Shown here piece by piece: positions 1 to 11,314 of a stretch of 64,000 bases of DNA (position 1 is the stretch's first letter; every line of letters begins with the position of its first letter). The notes beneath the pieces were generated by a model. The model saw nothing but the letters and a program-made list of their open reading frames with translations. It did not search any database and was not told where the DNA came from. The stretch comes from Tetramitus jugosus (taxonomy: Eukaryota; Protista; Heterolobosea): NCBI GenBank assembly GCA_937625935.1, contig OW569385.1, positions 62,001-126,000 of the forward strand, written 5' to 3'. Made by a program: the position numbers and the translations under genes.

Positions 1-512
1 TCTTTCATGAGAAACAGAATCGCTCTGTTTCACTCTTTCGAAGGGAAGAATGACCCGCGTAGCATAGGTCAAGATTCTGTTCCGAGCATCCAATGAATCA
101 AAAAAAAGATGCGACAACAGACACGGATTCGATGGTGAATCAATGAAGGTCATTCGTCGATAAGCTTAACTGCAACGAGAGCGATGAATACTTCCAGATT
201 CAATTTGGTGGAAGCAAAAATGTTCATCTGTTGTAATGTTGATCTCCGACAAGAATCGGCGAAATTATCTCCAAAGAGAACAACTTCATGCCCTATTCGG
301 GAAGTCATCCTTTACGGATAACATTTTGCTCTGAATTGTGAATCGTCAATCATTGTATTGAATGTGTGAGCCCTTGAATCCTCCCTACATAAAGGATGAC
401 AGGGAACTCTGGCTCTCTCTCAACAACAACCACAAACACAAAGAATACCAACCATAACAACAAGTACACTGAGATCTTCTCACTTTTAGGACAACACAAG
501 AGAATTTTAACA

Positions 513-1082
513 ATGAACAGTTCACTACTCAGAATTTCAGCCAAGAGACTGCTCAATAACTCCAAGGGCTTAAATAAGGTTCAATTCCTTGCTGCATCGT
601 CCTGCTCTAGCATGATGAACACGAACCTTTCCAAGAATTGCTTCCAGTTGACTCAACCTCAATTCAGAATGGTTGCTTCGGACAAGAAGGCTGCTAACCC
701 TGGATACCTCGATGGACTCGTCGGTGAATACGAAGATCCAAACTACAAGCTCGATATCAAGACAGAAGAGTGGAGAGAGGGACAATGGTTCTATTTCTTC
801 TCAGATTTTGGTGTGTGGATTCTATTGGTTCCAACGTGCATAGCCATTGCTGCTTCAGCAGCTTCGTTGATGTGGTACACATTGTTCGATCCAACGAACC
901 AAGTCCTTAGATTCAATCCTCATCCTGAATTGGCCATCAAGAACGGTTTGGATCTCTATCAAGTGAGGAGTCCACTGTTGGCTTGGCAATATGAATTTGG
1001 TTTGCACCATGACAGAAAGATGCACTTTTATCATGAGATTGAAGATGCTATTGAGAGAAAGAAGAAGCTTGCCAGCTTGTAA
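513..1082 (+). CDS. Probable mitochondrial single-pass membrane protein, weakly NDUFA4/B12D-like
   Basis: First ATG at 513 gives a basic, Ser-rich presequence (MNSSLLRISAKRLL). One TM segment followed by LFDP resembles the B12D/NDUFA4 'LFNPDV' motif. Family call is tentative. Confidence 0.55.
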   Translation: MNSSLLRISAKRLLNNSKGLNKVQFLAASSCSSMMNTNLSKNCFQLTQPQFRMVASDKKAANPGYLDGLVGEYEDPNYKLDIKTEEWREGQWFYFFSDFGVWILLVPTCIAIAASAASLMWYTLFDPTNQVLRFNPHPELAIKNGLDLYQVRSPLLAWQYEFGLHHDRKMHFYHEIEDAIERKKKLASL

Positions 1083-1408
1083 AGTGCAGTTGACGAACAA
1101 TAGAATCTAAGTGTTCATCAACAAAAAAATCAGGGAAGTACTCCCTCTGCAACAATGTAAATAAACTAGCTAAATTGATGAACTTGAAGAGTATTATCGA
1201 ACAAGGACCACTAACGCTGAAGAATGATGAATTACAAGCAAAGATTGAGAAACATTCACACGTGCTCCGATACTCAGCAGATGACATAGAGAAGGAAAAG
1301 GAAGATTTTGCACATAAGAATGAAGATACGTCAGATCTCTCTAGTTCAGCGCCTACTACCTCATTGCCAATAAGGATTATAAAGTCGTGCTGCAAGTACA
1401 CAAAAGGT

Positions 1409-1481
1409 TGCCGAAAGCGTGGATCGAACACGCGACCTTAAGATCTTCAGTCTCACGCTCTCCCAACTGAGCTATTTCGGC
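1409..1481 (-). tRNA. tRNA-Phe(GAA)
   Basis: GCCGAAA/TTTCGGC acceptor, TGAGA-CT-GAA-GA-TCTTA anticodon arm, GTTCGATC T-loop, 73 nt, downstream T4. Confidence 0.95.
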
Positions 1482-1774
1482 CTTCTTGTTGTATTAATTT
1501 ACTATTTTAGGGGTATTGTAAATTTATCCAAAATTTTCAGTCTGTCGTCCTGGGCGAATGTCTTTCGACCTTAGGAGCCATCTATAAGTATCTGAGCAAA
1601 CACTGATGAGGTGTACTTACCACCGCTTAGGACTTATAAGATTTGTTACCACCATCATTAAAATTAAGATACGTTTAAAGCTACAATCTCGGCTCCAGAT
1701 GGCCTGAAAAACACTGCGCCACCATTAGAGAAAGTCGTACATAAACAGGAAATAATCAATAATCAACAAAGTCT

Positions 1775-2740
1775 TTACAATGTATCAAACAAACAAAGAG
1801 CCACCTTTGGGAGAGATGGTGTCACAGTGTATTCACCACTCTTCAAGTCCACTCTTGCAATATGAGATGTTGGTGGGGAATCAGTAGAAGAAACAGATGC
1901 ATAATAGATTCCGTTATTCAAGTCAATGTAAGCACCACCATTGACATTCTTTTTGCCAGTAAATGTCACAACAGATCTGGACACTGTTCCCGTGTTTCGG
2001 TCGAGCTCAACCAAGGCAGTCGTTTCTCCCCTATCTGAAGTGACGGTGGCATACAAGCGACCAGTGATGACTCCCATACTGGTTATTTCCTGGCTAACGA
2101 CCTTTCTACTCAGAATGGTTCCCTTGATGGCATCGAGCTTGATCCATTCATTTCCATTGGGACCTCGAGCAAAGAAATAAATGATACCCTTCTTGTCACA
2201 ATAGGCAGACACACCTCTCACGGGAACAGTTTCAGGAATCGTTGCTACAGTAGTGTACTTTGATCCACTAGGTGAAGAGGGATCGAAACGAATCAACACG
2301 GACTGATAGTCCATGGTTCGATTATTGACTTGCCACAGAATCGCATAGAGAACGCTCTGCACTTGATCAAACTCCACACTCAGGATACTCAAATCACGGA
2401 ATGACCAAGTCTCAAACAAGCTACCACTCTGAGCATCAATCGTATGAATGACATGATGCAACGGAGAAGACGAAGTCTGGTTCTTGGCAACAACGTACAA
2501 GAGCTTTGAATAACCATCGACAGTGCATGCACCTGGAGTAATGGTACCCATGAGTCTATAGTCACCATAGGACTTTAATGGCTTGAATGTACCTTGATTG
2601 ACATCTACTTGGTCAAACTCGTAACCAGTGGTCAAATCCAAGTTGGAAGCAACAGCTCTGGGAGTGCCACCGCAAACAGTAGAGACGATAAATAGGCAGC
2701 ACAACAAAAGGAATAGGAGGGACAGAGAATGTGGATTCAT
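1775..2740 (-). CDS. Secreted protein, probable beta-propeller
   Basis: 321-aa ORF with a hydrophobic signal peptide and repeated beta-strand units (LYV, xDxxSG). Confidence 0.7.
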   Translation of the reverse strand: MNPHSLSLLFLLLCCLFIVSTVCGGTPRAVASNLDLTTGYEFDQVDVNQGTFKPLKSYGDYRLMGTITPGACTVDGYSKLLYVVAKNQTSSSPLHHVIHTIDAQSGSLFETWSFRDLSILSVEFDQVQSVLYAILWQVNNRTMDYQSVLIRFDPSSPSGSKYTTVATIPETVPVRGVSAYCDKKGIIYFFARGPNGNEWIKLDAIKGTILSRKVVSQEITSMGVITGRLYATVTSDRGETTALVELDRNTGTVSRSVVTFTGKKNVNGGAYIDLNNGIYYASVSSTDSPPTSHIARVDLKSGEYTVTPSLPKVALCLFDTL

Positions 2741-3148
2741 ACTTGTGTGATGGTAATGCTTGTGTTAAGATCTTTTAGTATGTCTTTTGATGTTGTTGAC
2801 TACTGCTTATTTTTGGAATGACCTTATCCAGTGAAGAAGCTTTCCGGATCTTGGAAACTTCTATTGGAAGAACTCGGGATATCATGATCAAAAAAACATC
2901 AATCGATTTTCCCGGTTTGACATTTGACAAGCGCTCTTGGTTCGTGATGGGTGAGATTGGCATTGAAAAAACTTAGTTGCAACTTCTTCTTCGCTTCCGA
3001 AGTTGCAAAGTTCCCTATCCGGCCCTTTCCTTTGGTATCCATCATCCTCAACTTTCTCCACCAGAACACCCCAAAACTTGTTTGTTGCGAGGTAAAAAAC
3101 AAAGTCATTCAATTTGAAAAGCAATTTGGTGGTGCGAAAAAGAGAGAG

Positions 3149-6100
3149 ATGTTGAAAGTGATAAGAAAAAAGAAACTTTCGCCATTCACATTTCTTCTGC
3201 TGCTCCTACTGCAGTTACTTTCACTCACATCCAGCAAAGCCATTGTCACATCCATTTGTGACAACATTTTGAACAATGCGACATTTCTTCTGGGACCAGT
3301 TACACTGTTGGCGTCATGTACATTTGAGATCTCGTCATCTGTCTCCCTTAATTATCCACTCATTATCCAACCAGGTGTCACCATAAAGTTCAATGCCAAC
3401 TCGGAAATTGTAGTCAACGAGGGTGGTTGGATTGAAGCACGTGGAAATGCTCAACAACCCATTATTTTTCAGTTGATGAGTGGTGAGACCACGAATGGAA
3501 TTTGGTTTTCAGAGAATAGTCTGGGAACAGGTGTAAATGACTTGGGTGAGAATCATGTGCCGAGAACAGATCGATTCACATATGTGAATGGCACAGTGTT
3601 CGAACATGTGATTTTCAAGGATTTTAATAATGAGATGAATCGGATGATACTTTCCGAGTCGTCTCTCATGATGAATCATGTTCAGTTTGTGAATATGAGA
3701 GTGGGATACGTTATTGATTTTTCTAATGAACAATTATATGTCAATAATTGTACGTTTGATGGGTTGGATGCTGGATCGGCCATTCGTGTGAGTGGCACTG
3801 TAAACGTGCCGTCCTCCTACTTGTTTGGTAATCAATTTTTGAACATTAGAGATTCGCCTGCAGTGTACTATGATAGTTTTGTGGAAGGTAACCATGTCAT
3901 TGCTGACAATGTGTTCCAAAGGTGTAAATCCGCAATTGACGCCAATGATGTGAAGTTTAATTCGTTGTTGATTGATCATAATCAATTTGATGATATTAGT
4001 AACCAAGGATTAAATCTGTACATTAATGCAATGAACGGTGTTTATAATAGCAGAGTACAGGTGTCGAGTAACACTTTCTTTAACGTTTCGAATGCAGTCA
4101 TTTTCAAGAAGGGCAATATCTTGGAAGAGTTCTACATATTGGATAATTCGTTTGAGAGTTGTTATGGCGAACATGTTTTGGATCATGGATATTCTGATGT
4201 ACCTGATGCGTCTGGTTATACGACTCAAATCAAAAGCAATTCTTTCATATCTTGCACGACAAATGGCTACGTGGTACGTCTCGGGTTAGCGGATCGTGTG
4301 AGTACAAGTAGTTACTTTGCCATTCCAAGCCAATTCAGATTCAATCGTTTCACGGGCAATAATGTACCTCATGCGGGACAACTACAAGTCGTTGGATCGG
4401 AAATGTTGATCAATCACAACTCCTTTGAAGGCAAAGACACTGGTTTTTTCATCTCCTATGAACTTGATGCAAATACATCGGGATTGGGTTTGTCTGCTCA
4501 GTACAATTATTATGGAACGATGGATGCACAGGAAGTTTTACAAAAACTCAATCAATCAGAGTCGTTCAATCAGAGCACTATTCTCTTCAGTCCTTTTAGG
4601 GCCAGTGACAGTGAATCTGCAAGTCTGATCGAGTATCCATACTTTTCATCGGAAGTACAAAAGTCTATTCTGTCCTGTGAGAATATACAAGCCCTAAACT
4701 CGCACGCAGCGGCTGGTTATTACGATCTCTATCTGACCTGTACCGAAAAGGTTAAAGTGTATTGTCAATTTGGAGACAATGTTTGGACTACTGTTCAAAG
4801 AAGATTGGATATGACAACTGTTGATTTTAATTTAGATTTAGCGTCATATGTGAATGGATTTGGGTCTTTTGATGGATTTTGGTTGGGATTGAACAACTTT
4901 TATACCCTCCTCAAAGATCAGCAATTTTATATGGAGATTGCTGTTGTTGATAAACAAAATGGTCAACTGGTATCTACTTATTCAATGCTAACATTGAAGA
5001 GCGCTGATGAAGACTACCAAATTTCATTTGGAGAATCATCGGGTTCAGAATTGTGGATAAATGCTGGTGACGTGTTTCAAACAGCATGGTGGGGTGAAAA
5101 GAGCTTGAACAACAACTCGGATAACAATTTGGCCACCGAGGTGAGAGTACGACACTTGACAGGATCTACTCCTCCTGTTACCTGTCAGAATAATTCGATC
5201 GCTGAGGTCGATTTCTCTGTTTCTAGAACTTATAGTTGTCAACTTGTGAACAACTTTGCGGTTGTATCCAGTGGTAGCCCGTTGGATAGTACCGTGCAGT
5301 TCAAGTGGAATCTAGTCCCCAAAAATGCTTCAACCATCATTGATCTGAATTTGTTGGGTTATATAGACCTTCAGAATGGACAAACACTTCAACTTGACTT
5401 CTCAGATCTACCCTTGCATGAAACATATGTAGTCACTGGTATCATTCAGGGTACAGAAGGAGGAACTAAAGCCTATACAATGGAATACTTCAACGGATTT
5501 TCAGATCCGTATCTTGTGTTCGATGATGATGGGTCCAACTTCTTCATCAGACGATCTCAAGATCTTTCATTCACTTTCACAGTGATGGATGTGGATACTT
5601 GTTTTGCGAATGTTGAGCGGGAGTGCGAGTTGACAATGGATAGTGTGACATATAGAACGACATCTGCAAATGATTCTGTATCATTCTTTGTTCCTCGGTT
5701 ATCCTTGTATCCAAACAGTGGTTCGACCGATTTCTATGAGGGACAGTTAAAGTGTATTGTGAACGGCACAAACTACTTGTTTGAGATCAAAGACACGATT
5801 AGAGTTCAAGTGTACGACGATAAGCCAGTAATCATTATTTCAGGAGCAAATCGATTGTTTGCTTCTGGTTCAACTGCAGTCGTCAATGCTTCACTCACAT
5901 ATGATCCACAGAGAGATTCCAAGAATCCAACTGTACCATTGTTCGTCTGGGAATGTACCTTGTGCTCACAGAAAAGTAGAAACTCATCCTCTCCGTTTCT
6001 ACACTTGGCAGAAAGCGATGGTACCTATGAAGTCTGCCTAACCTATTATCCAGACAAGAATGACTTTGGTCGGTCGTCGTTGAAAAAGTTCACAATCTCC

Positions 6101-9100
6101 TTCGTAACAGCAGGTACTCCTTTGATCTACATCAAAAACCAACTGCCTGACATCCTCAATACTCAGAAGAAGATTGTAATTGAACCTGCATGTGATACTG
6201 CCATTACGAGAGGTTACTTGTTCAGATGGCGCTATGATGCAGTCTCAACAGAATGGAGACTTTTGCCAAAGAGTCTTGTCCTCAAGGAAAACACTTTGAA
6301 TAGCTCCAGCAATTATGTTTTCACTCTTGAAGTGAAAAATATTCAATCAGATAGGGTGGTATCCCTGTCATTATTTGGTCAGACATCAACTGCCCCTATG
6401 ATTGCTGATGTAGATGTCTTACAAGATGGTTATGCTGTAGTTTCAAAGTTCGTATTCTCAGTGCCAACTCTGGTTGCAGATTGGAGTTCCTTCCCCTTAC
6501 AATATGTTGTCTCGTACTATGATCCTTCATTAGGAGAGAAAGTAGTTGTTCGAACGACGTCTAACAGTCGTATAACGACTACTTTGCCAGCCGGATTCGG
6601 TGAACTTGAAATACTCGAACTATACTTCATCGCACAGGATTCGAATGGATACCAATCGGAGTCAATCAAGATGGAGCTCCAAGTCACTCAACCTCCTCGA
6701 TTTTCTTACATATTACTCATTCAAGAGATTGAGAGTATGTTGTTAGACATTGAGACGTTGCCCCTCGCGAAGACAAGAAACCTGTTCATATCCATCAGTT
6801 CCACGATTCAATCTCTTGTATTGTCTATCCCAGAGATTTACATCCCTAATTTGATCAATCTGGTTCAAAATTGTGTGAGAACTCTGTTGGACCGATGTAG
6901 AGTCGTACCTGGTTATTCCTCTTTGACTTTTGAGATGACTACGAATATATTGAATACGCTCACTTCGAGTATCAATCTGATGAATGAGGATGCCATTTCT
7001 TTGTCGTTCAACCTTGTTGATGTGCTGTTGAACAGTACAATCGATGAGTCAGGTGTCTTTTCAAGCGACCAACAAGCTCAGTTGGTGGGTCTTGTCATCT
7101 CAAACTTGTATGTTGCTTCGCAGCAAAGTAACAACACTGAAAAGGCTCTTCCCTACATTTATAGACTCTTGAGCAAGGTGGCTCACGGAAAGTACGTCTC
7201 TGACTATGAAACACTCATCTCCACCAATGCTTTTGGAATTATTGTGAAGAAGGATTATGGCATCTTCTTGGATAATCAAACATTTGCCAACAATGAGTCC
7301 ATGATTGCCTTGCCATCATTGTCCGATATTTTGGACTACTCTGGGGTGTACTCTACACACTTTGTTGCGTTCTCTCAAGCATCAAACCCGTATCGAAGAA
7401 ACTCTGAAACTACACAAAACATGGCCTCATCTGTCGTTACATTCAGAATTGTATCAGGTGATGATAAGGTTGCTCTGACTAATTTACAAGAACCAATCGA
7501 GATTATACTGAAGAGAGAAAATGTTTCAATTCGAAATGATAGTGACTTCCACTACGAGTGCCGGTACATTGAAGAAGACATCAACGACAACAGTGACTGG
7601 AACAATGCTGGATGTTGGTTGCACAACATCACCGATACAGAGGTGATCTGCCGATGCTCTCACACTACTAGTTTCTCCAGCTTTATTATCTATGATCCTA
7701 AGAGTCCAAACAAGTCTGCGCCTGGATTCTATGTGGCTCATATCGCTGTGAATTGTGTTATTCTTACCGTTGCTTTCACTTTGTTCATCATGTTGTTCGT
7801 TTATCGAAATGATCAGCCAATCAAGTCAAGATACATTGCACCACACCTTGGTCTAACTGCCATTATTCTCGAAACCATTCTCAACGGTATTGCCAGAAAT
7901 GCTCTGTTGCTCGCTACAACCAACTACAAGGCAATTAATGATTTGGCTTATGTTATCATGAGCATCGTGAACCCTATTGTTTTGGCTTCTCTATTTCTAT
8001 TCCTATGGCAACAATGGAGGTACTACTTCTTCAGAAATCTGTATGCCATCATGGGTGTGAAGAATGAGAGTAACAGGTGGAAGATGGTCATGTACAGAAT
8101 GATGACTTCAAAGATTGTGTTCATCTGTGCTCTGTTGAACATTCTTCTGTTCTCGGGAAGCTACTTTGTAGCCATTTCAATTGCTCAAGGGGCTAGTGGA
8201 ATGAAGAGCAACGTAGCAACTGCATTTAATGCCATTTCATATGTCACCATGTCAATAGCTATCGGAGTACTCATATTCTTCAGCTTTGTCATTGACTTCT
8301 TGCTATCACTTGTGAAAAGAGTTATGGAAATAATGAAAAGAGACAATATGAATCAAGAGGAGAAAGTGCAAGGCTCTATCCAACAATCATTTGGTTATTT
8401 CACATTGGATGATCCATTAGGCTTCCGATTGGAGAGTTTACTGATGATACTGGCCATGACACTGATGGTTGCTTCGTATTGCGTAGGCTTGAGTGATCGA
8501 TACGACAAGAATACGACTCCAAAGTCAGGTGCCAAGATTGCCGAGTTTATTCTTGATATCTTGTACATTATAACAAGAGTGTTCGTGTTTGGAGGATTCG
8601 CTATGGGTCTTCGTCATTTCCAACACAACAAATGGTCTGAATACCTTGCTGTTCAACACAAACAAGCCATCAGCTCAGAGTCTGCTGTCATGGTAGATAG
8701 CTCGGTTGAAGATTCTTTACTAGAACTATTGCGTGACGAAGTAGGTCTACGACTCTTCTCCCAATATACACGCAAAGAGTTTAGTTATGAGAATGTTCTC
8801 TTATTCCCACTGTTGGAGTCTTTCCTGAGAAACAATGAGAATATGAGTGAAGGCGAGCGTAGAGAGGAACTGGAGACAATCTACATGGATTTTATCAAAT
8901 CTGGTTGTCCAAACGAGGTGAACATTGATGGAAAAACGAGGAACAAAGTTACGAAAGCCCTATCGGGTAGACAAGTAACAGCTGACATTGGCTTCGATGT
9001 CGTGACATCATTGCGCAAGGAAATTTTGTGCTGCATGAGTGACACTTACAGTCGATTCATTGTCACTCCACAAGCCACACAACTCAGAAAACTAAAGGAG

Positions 9101-9142
9101 ATGGAGTCAGATGTTGAGAGGGATGGTGGTTTCGAGCTTTGA
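3149..9142 (+). CDS. Adhesion-type 7TM-RGS receptor: beta-helix repeats, fibrinogen-like domain, REJ/PKD-like region, GPS/GAIN, 7TM, C-terminal RGS
   Basis: Signal peptide; NxF/NNxF beta-helix repeats; FReD motifs (VYC...WTTVQRR...DFN...YVNGFG...FWLGL); GPS (C...W...GC...CRCSHTTSF); several TM segments; RGS motifs (F.QYTRKEFSYENVLL, IYMDFI...EVNID, DTYSRF). First ATG at 3149. Confidence 0.88.
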   Translation: MLKVIRKKKLSPFTFLLLLLLQLLSLTSSKAIVTSICDNILNNATFLLGPVTLLASCTFEISSSVSLNYPLIIQPGVTIKFNANSEIVVNEGGWIEARGNAQQPIIFQLMSGETTNGIWFSENSLGTGVNDLGENHVPRTDRFTYVNGTVFEHVIFKDFNNEMNRMILSESSLMMNHVQFVNMRVGYVIDFSNEQLYVNNCTFDGLDAGSAIRVSGTVNVPSSYLFGNQFLNIRDSPAVYYDSFVEGNHVIADNVFQRCKSAIDANDVKFNSLLIDHNQFDDISNQGLNLYINAMNGVYNSRVQVSSNTFFNVSNAVIFKKGNILEEFYILDNSFESCYGEHVLDHGYSDVPDASGYTTQIKSNSFISCTTNGYVVRLGLADRVSTSSYFAIPSQFRFNRFTGNNVPHAGQLQVVGSEMLINHNSFEGKDTGFFISYELDANTSGLGLSAQYNYYGTMDAQEVLQKLNQSESFNQSTILFSPFRASDSESASLIEYPYFSSEVQKSILSCENIQALNSHAAAGYYDLYLTCTEKVKVYCQFGDNVWTTVQRRLDMTTVDFNLDLASYVNGFGSFDGFWLGLNNFYTLLKDQQFYMEIAVVDKQNGQLVSTYSMLTLKSADEDYQISFGESSGSELWINAGDVFQTAWWGEKSLNNNSDNNLATEVRVRHLTGSTPPVTCQNNSIAEVDFSVSRTYSCQLVNNFAVVSSGSPLDSTVQFKWNLVPKNASTIIDLNLLGYIDLQNGQTLQLDFSDLPLHETYVVTGIIQGTEGGTKAYTMEYFNGFSDPYLVFDDDGSNFFIRRSQDLSFTFTVMDVDTCFANVERECELTMDSVTYRTTSANDSVSFFVPRLSLYPNSGSTDFYEGQLKCIVNGTNYLFEIKDTIRVQVYDDKPVIIISGANRLFASGSTAVVNASLTYDPQRDSKNPTVPLFVWECTLCSQKSRNSSSPFLHLAESDGTYEVCLTYYPDKNDFGRSSLKKFTISFVTAGTPLIYIKNQLPDILNTQKKIVIEPACDTAITRGYLFRWRYDAVSTEWRLLPKSLVLKENTLNSSSNYVFTLEVKNIQSDRVVSLSLFGQTSTAPMIADVDVLQDGYAVVSKFVFSVPTLVADWSSFPLQYVVSYYDPSLGEKVVVRTTSNSRITTTLPAGFGELEILELYFIAQDSNGYQSESIKMELQVTQPPRFSYILLIQEIESMLLDIETLPLAKTRNLFISISSTIQSLVLSIPEIYIPNLINLVQNCVRTLLDRCRVVPGYSSLTFEMTTNILNTLTSSINLMNEDAISLSFNLVDVLLNSTIDESGVFSSDQQAQLVGLVISNLYVASQQSNNTEKALPYIYRLLSKVAHGKYVSDYETLISTNAFGIIVKKDYGIFLDNQTFANNESMIALPSLSDILDYSGVYSTHFVAFSQASNPYRRNSETTQNMASSVVTFRIVSGDDKVALTNLQEPIEIILKRENVSIRNDSDFHYECRYIEEDINDNSDWNNAGCWLHNITDTEVICRCSHTTSFSSFIIYDPKSPNKSAPGFYVAHIAVNCVILTVAFTLFIMLFVYRNDQPIKSRYIAPHLGLTAIILETILNGIARNALLLATTNYKAINDLAYVIMSIVNPIVLASLFLFLWQQWRYYFFRNLYAIMGVKNESNRWKMVMYRMMTSKIVFICALLNILLFSGSYFVAISIAQGASGMKSNVATAFNAISYVTMSIAIGVLIFFSFVIDFLLSLVKRVMEIMKRDNMNQEEKVQGSIQQSFGYFTLDDPLGFRLESLLMILAMTLMVASYCVGLSDRYDKNTTPKSGAKIAEFILDILYIITRVFVFGGFAMGLRHFQHNKWSEYLAVQHKQAISSESAVMVDSSVEDSLLELLRDEVGLRLFSQYTRKEFSYENVLLFPLLESFLRNNENMSEGERREELETIYMDFIKSGCPNEVNIDGKTRNKVTKALSGRQVTADIGFDVVTSLRKEILCCMSDTYSRFIVTPQATQLRKLKEMESDVERDGGFEL

Positions 9143-9202
9143 GCTGGCCCAGAAATAAGAACTCCAGTTTCAGCTCTCGAATAAAGAAAAGTCTGTATGA
9201 AA

Positions 9203-11110
9203 TCAATCAACTTTATTATTTGACAAAGGTTGATGATTCCAACCAAGCATTTGCATCAGCTTCTCACAAGAAGAATCACACGAACCCAGCAGTGATATGT
9301 CTCTGTAGTTGTCCGTGTCATCCTCCTTGTCAAACACCCCGACCGCATTCATGTTGATGAGCAATCGTGGTACCGTTGGTGCAACCTTGTGAACTAATCC
9401 AGCAACAGGATACACCTGCATCGATGTTCCCATAACAATCAGAAGATCTGCCTTCTTAAAATCAACCTTGCTCATCTGATAGAAACTTTCTGGTAAATCT
9501 TCACCAAAGAAGACGATATCGTGCTTCACCAAACCCTTGTAGGGAATGGATATCTCTTGTGTTGGATTGCACCGATCACAGAACGGTATTTTATCTCTGT
9601 TGACAAGTGGAGAGACATATGTCTGCACATCAAACTTCTTACCACAGTCAATGCATGAAGCTGAAGCAAACGTTCCATGTGCTTCTACTAACATCTCTGG
9701 TGGAATGTTAGCCAATCTCTCCAATCCATCTATATTCTGGGTGTAGCACCGCAGGAGAATACCTTGATCGTGCAGTGTCTTGATGAACTTGTGTGCAACA
9801 GTGGGTTTGTACCTTGGATTCCGAGGATCACCAATCAACTCCTTGGCCAAGGTGAAGTAGGGCCTTGGATCCACATCTCTGAAGTAAGCGAGATCAAAAA
9901 TGTCTTCTGGTTGAGAAAGCTTGAACCCATAATTGCTCAGCGTATAGTACAGACCGACTCCTTTTGTTCTGAAATCGGGTATTCCAGCAGATACAGAGAT
10001 ACCAGCACCTGCAATAATGATCACATTCTTGTATTGATCGAGTTTCATCCGGGCAACCAACTGCTCTACAGTAGGATCACCGTCCAGAACATTCTTCTTC
10101 TCTTCATAGGAGAGACTGGGGTTTGGAGTGTTCTCTGACCGTTCCCTCTCTATTTGTTCTTGCAGACGACGAATGAGTGCTTCGTCACACAGGTCATCAT
10201 CAGACAGCAGGTCCATCAATTGTTCATCATCATACAGTGACTCTGTAGGAGAGTCCAGCACAGAAGAAACAGGAGAGGACGATGTCGAAGCATTGGAAGA
10301 AGTCAACTGAGCATCATTGTCATAGCCAAAACCACCGTCATTGTCATTGCTTGTGTTGCCAAGGATATTGATGTCGTTTATCGCGACATCTTCATCCTCC
10401 TCTGCATACGAGACACCAGCTTCACCAAAAATGCCCACCATATGGTCGTCAACCTCATTATCCTCTTCCGCGCCACCAAAAAACGCCGCCGTAGGTGATT
10501 TTTGGCGCCCAACGAGAGGAAGTGAGGGCAAAGCTGCGCTCATATTTTCTTCTTCGACTTGTTCCAGACAGGTAATGCACTTGTGGCATAAAACCATGCC
10601 TGACGTCAACCGAAAGGACGAAAGGTTCTTCTTGGATGAAAGGGCATGAGACGCACCACAACAAAAGCTCTTGTTGTCAGTCTGTGGAGGCGTCAACAGC
10701 AATGAATCAACCAATTCTTGCCAATAAAATTGGTTCCTTGATGTAATGTTACAAATCTTCTTCTTCTTTTTGTGGTGTTGTTGTTGCTTGGACTTTTGCT
10801 CAAGTAATGGACTTTGTGATGATGAGAAACTTTGATCATCATCTTCCGTCATCACGAGACTTGAGGTGGAGGTCAATCCCATGTGGGAAAAAAAAGGGTC
10901 TTGAATGGGATGGCGGTTGGTCTTGTTCAAAATTTTGGAGACATAGGAACAATCATTACCCAGAGAACATGTACTCTTGATGAAGAATACACATAGGGAG
11001 CACTTGAATTTTGGCCTCACGTAGGGATGTTGGTGATGGTGATGATGAACAGCGGTTGATTGATGATTCATCATTGGTCTTGTGTTATTGTAACAAGAGG
11101 AAGAAGACAT
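9203..11110 (-). CDS. Class I sirtuin (SIRT2/Hst2-like NAD-dependent deacylase) with long Cys-containing N-terminal extension
   Basis: GAGISVSAGIPDFR, YTQNIDGLE, EAHGT, CxxC...CxxC, DIVFFGE and GTSMQVYP motifs. Confidence 0.92.
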   Translation of the reverse strand: MSSSSCYNNTRPMMNHQSTAVHHHHHQHPYVRPKFKCSLCVFFIKSTCSLGNDCSYVSKILNKTNRHPIQDPFFSHMGLTSTSSLVMTEDDDQSFSSSQSPLLEQKSKQQQHHKKKKKICNITSRNQFYWQELVDSLLLTPPQTDNKSFCCGASHALSSKKNLSSFRLTSGMVLCHKCITCLEQVEEENMSAALPSLPLVGRQKSPTAAFFGGAEEDNEVDDHMVGIFGEAGVSYAEEDEDVAINDINILGNTSNDNDGGFGYDNDAQLTSSNASTSSSPVSSVLDSPTESLYDDEQLMDLLSDDDLCDEALIRRLQEQIERERSENTPNPSLSYEEKKNVLDGDPTVEQLVARMKLDQYKNVIIIAGAGISVSAGIPDFRTKGVGLYYTLSNYGFKLSQPEDIFDLAYFRDVDPRPYFTLAKELIGDPRNPRYKPTVAHKFIKTLHDQGILLRCYTQNIDGLERLANIPPEMLVEAHGTFASASCIDCGKKFDVQTYVSPLVNRDKIPFCDRCNPTQEISIPYKGLVKHDIVFFGEDLPESFYQMSKVDFKKADLLIVMGTSMQVYPVAGLVHKVAPTVPRLLINMNAVGVFDKEDDTDNYRDISLLGSCDSSCEKLMQMLGWNHQPLSNNKVD

Positions 11111-11314
11111 TTTGCGTGTTGACCAAAAAATTTGGCGGTTAGTCGGGACGGTTTTTTCGAAGCCCCAGATTCAGATTTCCACATATTTCAGGAATCTTGG
11201 ATTCTGTTGTAACAGTCAAGGAAAGGAGTAACTGGTTTTTTGAAAGGAGTTGCTTTCGAGGTTCATACTATAATACATTTTCTTGTGGTATGTGGATTAT
11301 AGAACAACTATTTT

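Noticed and set aside
1-153. Minus-strand ATG frame open to the window edge
   Set aside because: Only 51 codons visible with no recognisable motif.
1175-1441. 88-aa ORF
   Set aside because: Overlaps tRNA-Phe, non-ATG call, no motifs.
1540-1740. CTGATGA...GAAA as a hammerhead ribozyme or C/D snoRNA
   Set aside because: Stem II does not pair, and no terminal stem or clear guide was found. An Rfam/Infernal search would settle it.
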